From Octopus vulgaris (taxonomy: Eukaryota): DNA of 64,000 nt. The notes beneath the pieces were generated by a model. It saw only the letters and a list, made by a program, of their open reading frames with translations. It did not search any database and was not told the origin of the DNA. Both the position numbers and the translations under genes were made by a program. The stretch lies in NCBI GenBank assembly GCA_951406725.2, contig OX597830.1:23870001-23934000 (forward strand), given 5' to 3'. Shown one piece after another: positions 1-11,690 of this stretch (position 1 is its first letter; each line of letters begins with the position of its first letter).

Positions 1-663
1 GGCGGAATTTGAAGTCAGAATGTAAAAACAGACGAAATACCTATTTCTTTACTACCCACAAGGGGCTAAACACAGAGAGGACAGACAAACGGATTAAGTC
101 GATTACATCGACGCCAGTGCGTAACTGGTACTTATTTAATCGACCTCGAAAGGATGAAATGCAAAGTCGACCTAGGCGGAATTTGAACTTAGAACGAAGC
201 GGCAGACGAAATATCGTTAAGCATTTCGCCCGGCGTGCTAACGTTTCTTATTTCTTTACTACCCACTAGGGGTTACGCACAGAGAGCACAAACAAGGTCA
301 GACAAACGGATTAAGTCGATTATATCGACCCCAGTGCGTAACTGGTACTTATTTAATCGACCCCGAAAGGATGAAAGGCAAAGTCAACCTCGGCGGAATT
401 TGAACTCGGAACGTAACGGCAGACGAAATACCTATTTCTTTATTACCCACAAGGGGCTAAACACAGAGGGGACAAACAAGGACAGACATAGGTATTAAGT
501 CGATTACATCGACCCCAGTGCGTAACTGGTACTTAATTTATCGACCCCGAAAGGATGAAAGGCAAAGTCGACCTCGGCGGAATTTGAACTCACAACGTAG
601 CGACAGACGAAATACCGCTAAACATTTCGCCCGGCGTGCTAACATTTCTGCCTGCTCGCCGCC
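1..663 (-). mobile_element. Tandem multimer of tRNA-headed SINE family A (about three body units; runs off the window start)
   Basis: Minus strand starts GGCGGCGAGCAGGCAGAAATGTTAGCACGCCGGGCG, followed by repeated GAGTTCAAATTCCGCCGAGGTCGACTTTGCCTTTCATCCTTTCGGGGTCGAT units; the same sequence recurs many times in the window. Confidence 0.9.
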
Positions 664-993
664 TTGCGTTGTGACTTTAATGAAAGGCAAATAATAAAGC
701 ATGCAAATAATGTTTTTAGAGAGCTTTACTCTTAACATTTTTTCAGTGTATTCAATTTTCTGAGCGGTAGCCTCTAGATTGAGCAAAATTTCCTGCTCTT
801 TCTTGTAAGTAGAACAGCAATGTAGGAGTGTGCTTGTTTATTCGACTGAGTTACCTTGAGACAGATACCATAGGAAGATGATATACAGCGTCACAAATTT
901 CTATAAATACCTTGCGTATATGTAATTCACTACTATTTCTCGAAATGGATTCCATGAGTCGATACATTCACATCAACAATATATAGGCACCGT

Positions 994-1374
994 GGAGGCG
1001 CAATGGCCCAGTGGTTAGGGCAGCGGATTCGCGGTCGTGGGATCGCGGTTTCGATTCCCAGACCGGGCGTTGTGAGTGTTTATTGAGCGAAAGCACCTAA
1101 AGCTCCACGAGGCTCCGACAGGGATGGTGGTGATCCCTGCTGTACTCTTTCACCACAACTTTCTCTTACTTCCTGTTTCTGTTGTACCTGTATTTCAAAG
1201 GGCCGGCCTTGTCACTCTCTGTGTCACGCTGAATATCCCCCAGAACTACGTTAAGGGTACACGTGTCTGTGGAGTGCTCAGCCACTTACACGTTAATTTC
1301 ACGAGCATGCTGTTCCGTTGATCGGATCAACCGGAACCCTCGTCGTCGTAACCGACGGAGTGCTTCCTTTTTCC
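994..1374 (+). mobile_element. Full-length tRNA-headed SINE family B with 12-bp TSD
   Basis: Head GGAGGCGCAATGGCCCAGTGG (A box) ... GGTTTCGATTCC (B box); flanked by TATAGGCACCGT at 982-993 and 1375-1386; homologous copy at 48764-49142. Confidence 0.9.
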
Positions 1375-1399
1375 TATAGGCACCGTTCGTCTGTCTTCA

Positions 1400-1590
1400 C
1401 AGAGTTCAAATATGTCGAGGTCAGAAGTTCAAATTCTGAGTTCAGAGTTCAATTTCTGCTGAGGTTGACTTTGCCTTTCATCTTTCGGGGTTGATAAAAG
1501 AAGTACCAGTTGAACCCCTGGGGTCAATGTAATCGACTAACGCCATTCCTCAAATTTACTGGCCTTGGGTCGAAACTTGAAACCAATATA
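1400..1590 (+). mobile_element. Partial SINE family A
   Basis: GAGTTCAATTTCTGCTGAGGTTGACTTTGCCTTTCATCTTTCGGGGTTGATAAA core. Confidence 0.75.
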
Positions 1591-1927
1591 TAGACAGTGA
1601 GCTGCACCAGGGTATATTTCATCTTCTTTCGGCAGCGGCGGCATGACCCAAGCAGGAATAGGGTTATGCTTATGTGCCAGCCACACAGGCAGAGTGCTTA
1701 TAACTATCCTTTTTATTCATTAACCTAAACGTTTATCTGTACACACACACGACAGTGTCATGTATGTGTGTGTGTATGTACTAGCTGAAATACCCGGCGT
1801 TGCCTCCGTTAGTGACTCAGAAAATTAACAGTAACATCGCAAAGCTCTTTTCTAACTTATAGTAAATATTAAAAAAAAACAAAAAAAAAAACACTCAAAG
1901 AAATTTCGGACTAAGAACTCTTTGTAG

Positions 1928-2343
1928 ACCTTTATATTTTTCTGCTTTTAAGAAAAATGTTTGATATCCATATTCCAAACATGCAAGTTCAATTTCGTAA
2001 AAATTTGTACACAAATTCAAATCTTTTGAATCTCTTTTCCATTTCTGTTGAAACTAACCCTACCCTAACTCAAAATTGTAATCCTAAATGCTAACCCGAA
2101 ACCCTAACATTAAATGGTAACCTTAAAATGTAACTTAACTCAAGATTCTAATCCTAATTTTATCCCTAAAATCTAAACTACAATACTAACCCCAGTATTA
2201 AATCCTAAACCCAACCCCCAACGCTAGCCCTAATTTTTGTGTGGAATCACGATCTCCTATGTTTGAAACATATATTTTTAAAAATCCGGAACATTAAAAT
2301 AGTTACCGTACATAACTTTAAAATTAAGCAGAACAAAAAAGGT
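1928..2343. repeat. Possible nested MITE-like insert with central degenerate (CCTAA/CCCTAA)n tract
   Basis: ACCTTTATATTTTTCTGCTT (1928) is an imperfect inverse of AAGCAGAACAAAAAAGGT (to 2343); 2052-2233 is built of TAACCC/TAATCC variants. Confidence 0.45.
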
Positions 2344-2568
2344 GATAAGCAATTGCATTAAAAATTTTTTTTTATTTGCAGTATTGTAGTATCTAGTATT
2401 TAAAACCTAGAAAGTGGAGAAGTACACACACACACACGACAGGATTACCCGGTTTTACTTAGGAGCCAACCGTCATATGTTACTGTTTTGCCATGCTAAA
2501 TACATTTTTGCATTTCAATTCTAAGATTCCTATTTTCGGTCCATGTACTTTCACCTCTTATTCACTAT

Positions 2569-3530
2569 TTATTCTAAATCTAGAACTTCCTTAGAAACAA
2601 TGTTACGTGTTTTTTCTATCCAGAAGGAGCATATATGAAAAGATTGGGTGGACTTCCAATTCTTGTACATGCTGCATACAGTTTCCCAATGAGTAGAATA
2701 ATTTTCTTCGAGTTGTAGCCCGGAAACAGATAACGTTTGTTCCTGCGATTTATTTATAGGCATATAACAAAGCTGAGTTTCACTGGAAATTATAGCCTTT
2801 TGAATACAAAAGGTATTTCTGTGTCAGATGGAATCAAAGATATTCTCGGTATAAGTACCTCTTCTCCCGTAAAACACCCAGTCAAAATAATAGCCTAAAT
2901 AATACGAGGCATTACATTTTTAACTAATACGATTACACAACTGAGGCTGATCAAAGTTCTATGGTAGCATGAAAAGTCGGTGTGGTGGAAGCCCAGAAGG
3001 TTCCAAAGAATTTAAGAATTCAAAAGGATAATTGACAGCCTCTGCGGGATCTGGAACTGAATCTATAGATTTGTAAGTCTGTGTATTTCCTGAAATGCAG
3101 CGCAATAACTTATTGTTAATGGTGTTGACAGTGATATTTTTTGGCGCAAGTATTGCCCTTTCACGTATGTACTTATGATTTTGTTGGTGGTATTGAAAAT
3201 TTACAAAAACACTTGCTATTAGTTCATTGAGAGATGAAACTGATATACTAATTAGAGATATATCTAAACAATTATTTTCATCTAGCGGTATCCTACCTTC
3301 TCCAAGTTCCATAAATTCTGAGCAAATTTTCCAGGCCGAAAGAATGGCTCATTTTTGTTACATGCCTCCACAAATAAGAGGACTTCAAGCACGCTGTTAA
3401 CTCATCTGCCTTAGTGCCTTTTGGAACTACAAGCATTGTCCGACGAAAGTTTCCTGAGAGTACAGTGGTAATCCCGCCTATTAATAATTTAGAATTTCTT
3501 AAATATTGGAAGCGAAATAATCTATCTGAC
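2569..3530 (-). pseudogene. Helitron Pif1-family helicase remnant (frameshifted, N-terminal motifs missing)
   Basis: Translated motifs GGITTVLSGNFRRTMLVVPKGT..ACLKSSYLW, RAILAPKN, EFLNSLEPSGLPPH, INKSQEQTLSVSGLQL, TRNIVSKEVL. Confidence 0.92.
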
Positions 3531-3789
3531 AAAGTTTGAAAAATGCTGTTGATGTAGTTTTTCTTGAAGCTGGGGATTGCTGAGCAGCAGTTTCTGTAGT
3601 GGAATATATTCATTGCCCATTCCCTAAATGAGCAGAGTTGTTACACTGGAGGATATTGCTCATGAATAGGGAAGCCAAATATTCTCCAAATCGCTTCATT
3701 GCTGCAAATATACCGCCCCATTTGGAAGTATGTCACATCGTCTTGAAATGTCTGTCGTTGAAGGGTGAACATTGCAGCGTCAGAACCAT

Positions 3790-5390
3790 TACTAATATAT
3801 TTACAAATGTACTTAATTGACTTTATAGAATTACAATATTAAACATTTATTTGAGTTCTGAATGTCTTAGACAAAAGAGGACAGTAAGGCACTATCCATT
3901 GATTAACCAACTGTATGGTGACCAATTCTTGTTTCAAAACCTTCATCTTGTGGTGCCCTACTTCTGTAAGATGGATATCCGTCATTAATCGGTTGCGTTT
4001 CTTTAATGAAATTTTTAGGATAATATTTCGTACACTTCTTATCTTTCATGCAAGATGCAATTGGGTTGAGGTCACCACATGGGCTATGAACCATGCTCGA
4101 TTTTACAACTTCATAAAGTTCTTTGTCTTTCGTAGGGTTTTGAATTTCTGTTGAGACTATGGAATCGATCTCATCAGTTTATATTTTCTGCAAAAGCCAG
4201 ATTAAAATTATGTGTGTGAGGTAGGCCTCTTTTTGCCATTCAATTGTATAGATGTAGCAACGTAATGATCGAAATATGTAAGACTTACTTATGATGTCTA
4301 TCAATTTCAAAACGTTGAGATGAAAAACTCTTGCAATTAGATCGTGTCTGTTAATGTATAATTGTCCTGGAAAAAGTTCAGCTTGGATTTCCTTCCATTT
4401 GGGATTGCAAGTAAAATTGATGAAAATATCAGGAAGTCCATAATTACGCACGCAAGCCATGGATGGCATCCTGTGTCCTCTCGTGCATATATCTTGGGTT
4501 TCCTGTAAAACTGGATAGGCGAAAACAAAGCTGTCGAAGCCCTGTCTAAGCAATATCATTGTTAATGCCATCTCGTAAATGCACGTGCAATTCTGAACGT
4601 AGTTCTTTTTGATGCAGTTTTATGTAGCACGACCTCTTCGACTCTATTTTGGCATACATATCAACAACATACTAGTGAAAAAGACCTTGGCAATAGTGAA
4701 GATAATTAAACGAATTACTTCGAATCATTAATCGATGAACATAATAATCTATACAGGATATAGTTCTTTTGGAAGTGATTCCTCCAGCTTGTGGTATACC
4801 AAAGTGGTATCCGTCTTCTCCGTTAACAAAATGCAAGGGATATTGTAAGCCATCACATGATCGATGAGTTTCATTTATGAACGTGATGCTATTGTCACGA
4901 TACTTCAAAACATCTCGTTTACCACGTTGTTCTCCAACCATAATAATAGCCACTTCATTACACTCAGGAACATTATTGAATCAACGGACATGATCTCCGG
5001 CTGGTCTTTTGTCGGCATCGATGACAACGTGAAAGTCTGCACCTGAAGTATATTCTAAAGCATACTCAAAGATTCTCACATTATTCTTTTCCTGAAGTAT
5101 TTCTTGCAGCTTAAAAATAAGTTCTAATCTTATACCTGGACAATGCTTGTTGCGACACTGTGCTTCTTTTTGCGCGCCACCTATAAAATATATTTCTAAA
5201 AATTATGGATTTTTGTTCTGTAAATGCTTAAGAGAGCCAATTCTGTGATAAATTTCTCCTTGCACTTTAAAAGTCGGCAGAAACCCACTTTCCCTAAAAT
5301 TTGTGTCCCAAATGATGTTACTTGAAAAACACAATCGTATGCTCGAATATTTTTAAGTAAGTGTTTTGATTCTGAAGTGCTACCCAAAAG
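3790..5390 (-). pseudogene. Helitron Rep (HUH endonuclease) remnant
   Basis: Motifs INETHRSCDGLQYPL..GEDGYH, YGLPDIFINFTCNPKWKEI, RHDLIARVF, IEWQK(frameshift) at the HUH motif, MVHSPCG..CMKDKKCTKYYPK, LLKNIRAYDCVFQVTSFG. Confidence 0.92.
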
Positions 5391-5717
5391 AAGATGTTCC
5401 TTGTCCCACTTCCCAGCGCCACACTTTTCACATGTTTTGCATATATAGCCCAGGGAGACAATTTTTTCAGATGTAGAATTACGATTAGGGTCATAATTAA
5501 ATGCTACACTTTGCCACTGAAATCGTCCATACTTTTTTCAGCTGATTTTCCCTGGAAAGCTTTCTCTTTTTTAGTTGTATTTTTCGGTCGCTTTCACTTT
5601 CTTGTTTCCTATTTGTTTTACCTTTTTCTCTCCTTTATTTGCAATCGTATTTCTTAGTCTTTTTTTTTCTTTTCTTGCACTTTTTTATTTCTATAATTTT
5701 CTCTTTTCTCTGCAATC

Positions 5718-6281
5718 TTATTTCCCTTCTTGCTCTCTTGTCCTTCTCTCATATTCCCTCATCTTTTGCAACCTAAATTTCCGATGGTTTTTACTTTCTT
5801 CTACAATTTTCATATTAAGTGTTTGAATTTTCATTCTTTTCTCTTCTTTACTGTTTTCTGTCATTACATTTCTTTCTACATTTTTTTTTCCATGTTCATG
5901 ATTGTTTATGGGAATGAAACCATCCAAGTGGCCGTTATCAATTTCACAGCCATATAACACTGAAATCTTCCTTTCTGTAACTGTTCGACCGCAAACGGTG
6001 AACAGAAGAAGAATAATTTCCTCGTGCTTTTTGTGATGAACTTGAATTGCAGCATTGTACAATGCTTTAATGGCAGCTAATTCAACATTACCGTCGTATG
6101 TTCCATCCCTACGCATGTATGCTTGGTATTCCTGCATTGTACTATTAGGAATAAAATAATGAAAATACTTCCAATGATTGCATTTATATCGTACGGACTC
6201 TTCCCGAAGATTTCGACAATTTTTGTTGTTTTTGAGCAAAAGTAACACAGCTCTGAACATACAGTTACCATCATCAATGAC
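5718..6281 (-). pseudogene. OTU-like cysteine protease domain plus charged coiled region at the 5' end of the Helitron ORF
   Basis: In frame upstream of ORF 5718..6260 reads VIDDGNCMFRAV (OTU Cys box); then YMRRDGTYDGNVELAAIKALY and NGHLD (His box). Confidence 0.8.
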
Positions 6282-7114
6282 TTTACTAATGCGGTGAACT
6301 AATAAATTAATCTAAGCGTAGAATATTTTTCAATAAATTCAGAAAGGGGGTTCACCTTCAGTTTAAACTGTAGATGGTTTGGGGAACTGAACGTGACGGA
6401 AAATTACAACACCAAAAGGGATAAGATGCTAATTGATGGCAATTTCCCCTTTAGAAATTTGTCTTACTAACTTTGAGATAGATGAATGAGTGATTATAAT
6501 TTTGTAAATGATAAAAACTAAATTAATAACGTACTTCACCTTCAATGTTGACTTGAAACGTCGTTTTCGTGAAAAGAAAAGTGATTTGACTCTAGGTACT
6601 TAGCAGACGATAACTTCTATATCGTCTGTTCATACACAGTAAAAACGGAATATTTCGGTTATTTCCGGATAATTTCGGTTTAAACGTTGTTAAATATTTG
6701 ACTAGAGATTTTTGAGTGTGTATGTGTGTGTTACAGAGAGAGAGGGGGAGACAGACAGTCAGACAGACAGAGAGAGAGAGACAGAGAGTTAGGGAAAGGG
6801 AGAAAGAGAAATCTTCCTTTCTGTAACTGTAACTGAATTACAACATTGTACAGAGAGAAAGCAAAGCGAGAGAGAGAGAGAGAAAGAGATTGAAAGCGCG
6901 CGCGCGCGTGTATCCCTGAATGACAATGTATTAACGTTACTATCCCACTGCCACTCCATATTTGTCGCTTACACAACTCTCTCCTCTCCTTCCCTCATAT
7001 CAGTCTTACTCTCTATGCCACTATGTTTCCCCTCACACTATCGCTCTTGCACCCTTCTCATTTTATCAAATGATAGCCCAACTTACTACTTTTTAAAGAT
7101 ATAAGATAAGATAA

Positions 7115-7152
<38 letters not shown>

Positions 7153-7859
7153 TCATACAGGTATACTAAATACGCACAATATAAATCCTTGATTTACTAA
7201 TTTTATATCCGCCACTGGAGAAGTCTCATACTGCCACAATTACCAAATGCCAAATGAGAACCGCTCCACATGAGAAGGAGAAACAATCTCAAGAATATAG
7301 AAGTCTCCAAAGCTGACTAGTTGTTAGGAAGTGACAGAATTATTTTCATAATTATTGTCTGTGTTTTAACTGCATATCAAGTATGTATATATATATATAT
7401 ATACTTGCATATATATATATAGATGTTTATATATTAACAGAGCAAACTGACGCAGGTAACAAAGACAGAAAATTAATAGTGAGAAGTTACGGTATAACAT
7501 ATCCGACAGCTGTTTCTGGGGGGTCAGAGTTACTTCGTAATGTTGGCAGGAAGCAATAGACATTCGATGAATCCAGCCTAGCGTTCACGAATGTGTTTAA
7601 TACGTAAATTGATATACTCAATAACGTTACACCGCTATATGTAGCGGCTCTTTCAGCAATAAGTTCGTGGATGATTAATGGGTGGGTGCTGATGAAGGAA
7701 CAAAAAGTCCGAAATATGGCATATATGGGCATTACCCAATTCTTTCATCTTCAATCTCATTGGTTGTTGACGTTTGACGTTTCGGATAGGAAACGTCGTA
7801 ACAAAATCAGTGCTGGCTTTAATTTCTATAGAAAATCTGTAGAAATAACCTTAAGACGT

Positions 7860-8056
7860 ACATTATTTACATTATTTACATTATTTACATTTGACGGATA
7901 TTTGTCCTCATCCTGTTTGTTGTTAACACAACGTTTCAGCTTATATACTCTCCAGCCTTCATCAGGTGTATTTGGGAAATATCGAACCTGGGTTCTTATT
8001 CCTAAGCTATTTTTCGATGCTGTTATTATTATCATTATTATTATTATTATTATTAC

Positions 8057-8109
<53 letters not shown>

Positions 8110-8243
8110 TAACTGCATGGAGTCGAACTCGGAATCGTGGGGTTAGTAGCCCGTGCTCTTAACCACTACGCTACATATAAGTCAAATGTAAATAATGTAA
8201 ATAATGTACATAATTCCCCATGTGCTGAATATAGAACTGCATT
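7860..8243 (-). mobile_element. Short composite retroelement: tRNA-like head + (AAT)n + hammerhead-like motif + (AAATAATGT)n tail, with inverted tail copy and 12-bp TSD
   Basis: Direct repeat ACCTTAAGACGT at 7848-7859 and 8244-8255; A box TAGCGTAGTGG and B box GAGTTCGACTCC at 8106-8176 (minus); inverted ends ACATTATTTACATTTGAC / GTCAAATGTAAATAATGT. Confidence 0.8.
7926..7969 (-). ncRNA. Minimal type I hammerhead ribozyme motif
   Basis: ACAC-CUGAUGA-A-GGCU(loop)AGCU-GAAA-CG-UU-GUGU: both core boxes intact, stem I ACAC/GUGU, stem II 4 bp, palindromic mini stem III. Confidence 0.7.
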
Positions 8244-8545
8244 ACCTTAAGACGTCTTTCAAATCATAATGCAGGGAAATTTAAAGGTAGAATGGGTGAA
8301 GTGGAAGGCAGAAATAGTGGAGAGAAGAAGAAGATTGTCCGGTGGAGGTATGGGGAGTGTTGAAGCAAGGAAGGGCGAGAAAAGGTAATTGAATCAAAGC
8401 AGGAAATTATATGGGATGAATAAGCAGGGTATTGAGAGGAATAGAAGTGGAAAGATGGGAGATAAGTGGGAGGGGTCATTGAGTAGACTTTTCTGTGTCT
8501 TTGTACTCCGTCTAAGTTAACTCTGTTAATATATAACTATCTATG

Positions 8546-8962
8546 AGGCGGCGAACTGGCAGAATCGTTAGCACGCCGGGCGACAATCTTAGCGGTATTT
8601 CGTCTGCCGTTACGTTCTGAGTTCAAATTCCGCCGAGGTCGACATTGCATTTCATCCTTTCGGAGTCGATTAAATAAGTGCCAGTTACGCACTGGGGTCG
8701 ATATAATCGACTTAATCCGTTTGTCTGTCCTTGTTTGTCCTCCCTGTGTTTAACCCCTTGTGGGTAGTAAAGAAATAGGTATTTCGTCTGCCTCTACGTT
8801 CTGAGTTCAAATTCCGCCGAGGTCGACTTTGCCGTTCATCCTTTCGGGGTCGGTTAAATAAGTACCAGTTACGCACTGGGATCGATGTAATCGACTTAAT
8901 CCCTTTGTCTGTCCTTGTTTGTCCCCTCTATATTTAGCCCCTTGTGGGCAATAAAGAAATAA
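8546..8962 (+). mobile_element. SINE family A, dimeric body
   Basis: Head GGCGGCGAACTGGCAGAATCGTTAGCACGCCGGGCG then two core units ending AATAAAGAAATA. Confidence 0.9.
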
Positions 8963-9294
8963 GACATTACTCCTGGAACTTTACGCCATACGCTTTCTAA
9001 TTTTTTTTCCATTATTTATTTTTCAAATAAATATTTTCTCTATTATGAATTATTAATCACTTCCTACAAAATTTAATGTAAATAATGAACATACGTTAAA
9101 GTATATACTGTAAAAATCCTATGCAGAAAAATAAAGTAGAAATATAAATATCTTTAATTTTTATTTTCCTTCCCTGATTTTCGACGCGAGTGTGTTCGTA
9201 TATATATATACATATATTCATAGATGTGTGTGTGTAGATAAATAGGTAGATATGTATGAACGTAACTTTATATATAATAATAATAATAATAATG

Positions 9295-9327
<33 letters not shown>

Positions 9328-9587
9328 TATATATATATAGGCATTATCAAATCTCAGAGCGAGATTGTTATATATATATATATATATATGTACATACATA
9401 TATACACATATATGAGCGTATATATGTGTGTGTGTGTGTATGAGTGAGACCTATCGGAAGCGTATGCCAAATTATATCAATAATAGAAGAGAAATACGTC
9501 ACAAGATGCACAAGATGGTGCTATATTTGTCTTTATGAATATATACAGATATAATGGAATTTTCTAAAGAGTTGAACACTGCCTTTC

Positions 9588-9641
<54 letters not shown>

Positions 9642-9838
9642 TGGTCTAGCCTGACGAGTCAATCTTTGTGTCTAAGTCAAATATTCACTCTCCTGCGAGT
9701 GAATATTTCTACAATTTCTGTTCAACAATTTCATTAAAAAGTTCGAGATATTTATTTTATATCTGAATAAAGCAAATATATATCCATATTCTGGATTACC
9801 TTTCTAGCTCTCTCTCTCTCTCTTTCTCTCTCCTTTTT

Positions 9839-9935
<97 letters not shown>

Positions 9936-9980
9936 CATACATGCTGATATATGTATGTATGTGTATATATATATATATAT

Positions 9981-10013
<33 letters not shown>

Positions 10014-10030
10014 CATACGCACATATATAC

Positions 10031-10074
<44 letters not shown>

Positions 10075-10084
10075 ATATATATGT

Positions 10085-10115
<31 letters not shown>

Positions 10116-10119
10116 CATA

Positions 10120-10945
10120 CTAGGTCTGATCGATAAGTATCCAGACAGTTGCTATAGCTACGAAGCAAAGATTGACTTTGGACGGACGAAACTTGGCAAT
10201 GATTGACCTTCAAATTTGATGTGAATGCACACTCAGTTTTAATGTTCTAGCTCACTTTTGCTGTTTACAGCAGTGTTTGGAAGGAAGATGTGTTGAGGTT
10301 GATCGTCACATTGATCTTGACAAATTTGCTATGGAGATACTTGCTCAGAGATACGTTTCTAAGATGGCCGAAAAAATGTCGATAGTGAGGAACATCCTGG
10401 GAGATCCGTAACCAACAGAACTGAGATAAAACATCGCAGAGGTGCGTGCAGCTGTGAGGGAAAATCGTCGAAAAAAACCACCCGTATGTTATCAGGGGAT
10501 GTGCAGATTAGCTACGGTTTTGTTCAGTCCATTACCACTGAAGATTTCGGTATGAGACGCTTGTCTGCCGAGTTTGTGCCAAAACTGCTTCCAGCTGAGC
10601 AAAAAGACACGCGGGTTTTCTGTTGCACCAGATTTCCTTGTGTCGAGGACGAGGAAAAGTTTTTGAAAACTTTGTTAGGCCACTAAGCCGATATCGCCAA
10701 GCTTTTGGCAAAATTTGATGCAGATTCTCTGTTCAACTTTCTCTGTCATGTTAAATGCTACGATCACACGCTATACGCATTCCTTCCAAGCACCGCTGTA
10801 AATGGCGGAAGCGAGCTAGAAAGCAAAAACTTAGTGCGCATGCACATCAGAGTTCAAAGTTAATCGTTGCTAAGCGGCTTTACTCTGCATGCTTTAGCTT
10901 CCTTACTATGGCAGGAGTCCGGATACTTATTGATCAGACAACTTA
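10120..10945 (+). mobile_element. Non-autonomous mariner derivative with long inverted ends
   Basis: TIRs GTCTGATCGATAAGTATCCAGAC / GTCCGGATACTTATTGATCAGAC next to TA; internal peptide ISYGFVQSITTEDFGMRRLSAEFVPKLLPAEQK matches the mariner HTH-WVPxxL linker. Confidence 0.85.
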
Positions 10946-11038
10946 CGTATCCATTTATGTTTGTACTAGCGTGGTGTGTACTTGTATGTTTGTGCACGGG
11001 GAGAGACAAATATAAACATACATAATATTATCTATGTA

Positions 11039-11080
<42 letters not shown>

Positions 11081-11103
11081 CATACATAAATATATATATA
11101 TAT

Positions 11104-11157
<54 letters not shown>

Positions 11158-11440
11158 TCTTTAAGAATGAGATAAAAAACCAAGGCCATCGGAGATGAAG
11201 GGATATAATAAATATTCTGGAAACAGCTGTAAGACCTATTTATAAGTGTTCTAAAATCTTCACAGCCTTCGTTTTTTTTCATCTCATTCTGAAAAATAAA
11301 ATTTATATGTACACACGCTGATATATGACCTACGTTGGACTCCTTATTCGCATAATCACCGAACCTGGAGCTTAACTGTGGTCTACCCATTGCACTTACT
11401 GACACCTTTGGGTCTTACTGACACCATTACCTCTCACAAC

Positions 11441-11505
<65 letters not shown>

Positions 11506-11634
11506 ATATACATAAATATATACATATATATATTACATATGTATATATATACATAAATATATTCATATATATTAGATATATATATATATACACACACACA
11601 TATATGTATGTATGTATGTATGTATGTCTATAAT

Positions 11635-11690
11635 ACCCAGTCTGATCAATAAGTATTTGGACAGTTGCCAGAGTAAACGAAGCTAAACAA
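11635..11690 (+). mobile_element. Isolated mariner TIR fragment of the 10120 family
   Basis: GTCTGATCAATAAGTATTTGGACAGTTGC matches 10124-10152. Confidence 0.6.

Larger units (their letters stand above)
1781..7116 (-). mobile_element. Decayed autonomous-type Helitron with both termini
   Basis: Minus strand begins A|TCTTATCTTATCTTATATCTTTAAAA at 7116 and ends CGGAGGCAACGCCGGG (hairpin) TATTTCAG-CTAG|T at 1781: TC...CTAG inserted in an AT site with no TSD. OTU, Rep and helicase remnants lie between in the expected order. Confidence 0.92.

Noticed and set aside
9-498. Recurrent peptide TPVRNWYLFNRPRKDERQSRPRRNLN in many ORFs
   Set aside because: Antisense translation of SINE family A, not a protein family.
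746-803. Plus-strand segment with strong acceptor and GTAAGT donor
   Set aside because: Stops in all three frames; no other support.
8106-8176. tRNA gene (Ser-like ACT anticodon loop)
   Set aside because: No proper acceptor stem and embedded in a TSD-flanked repeat; treated as a tRNA-derived promoter. The same applies to SINE heads at 994, 48764 and 54262.
9651-9690. CTGACGA motif
   Set aside because: No stem II or GAAA partner.
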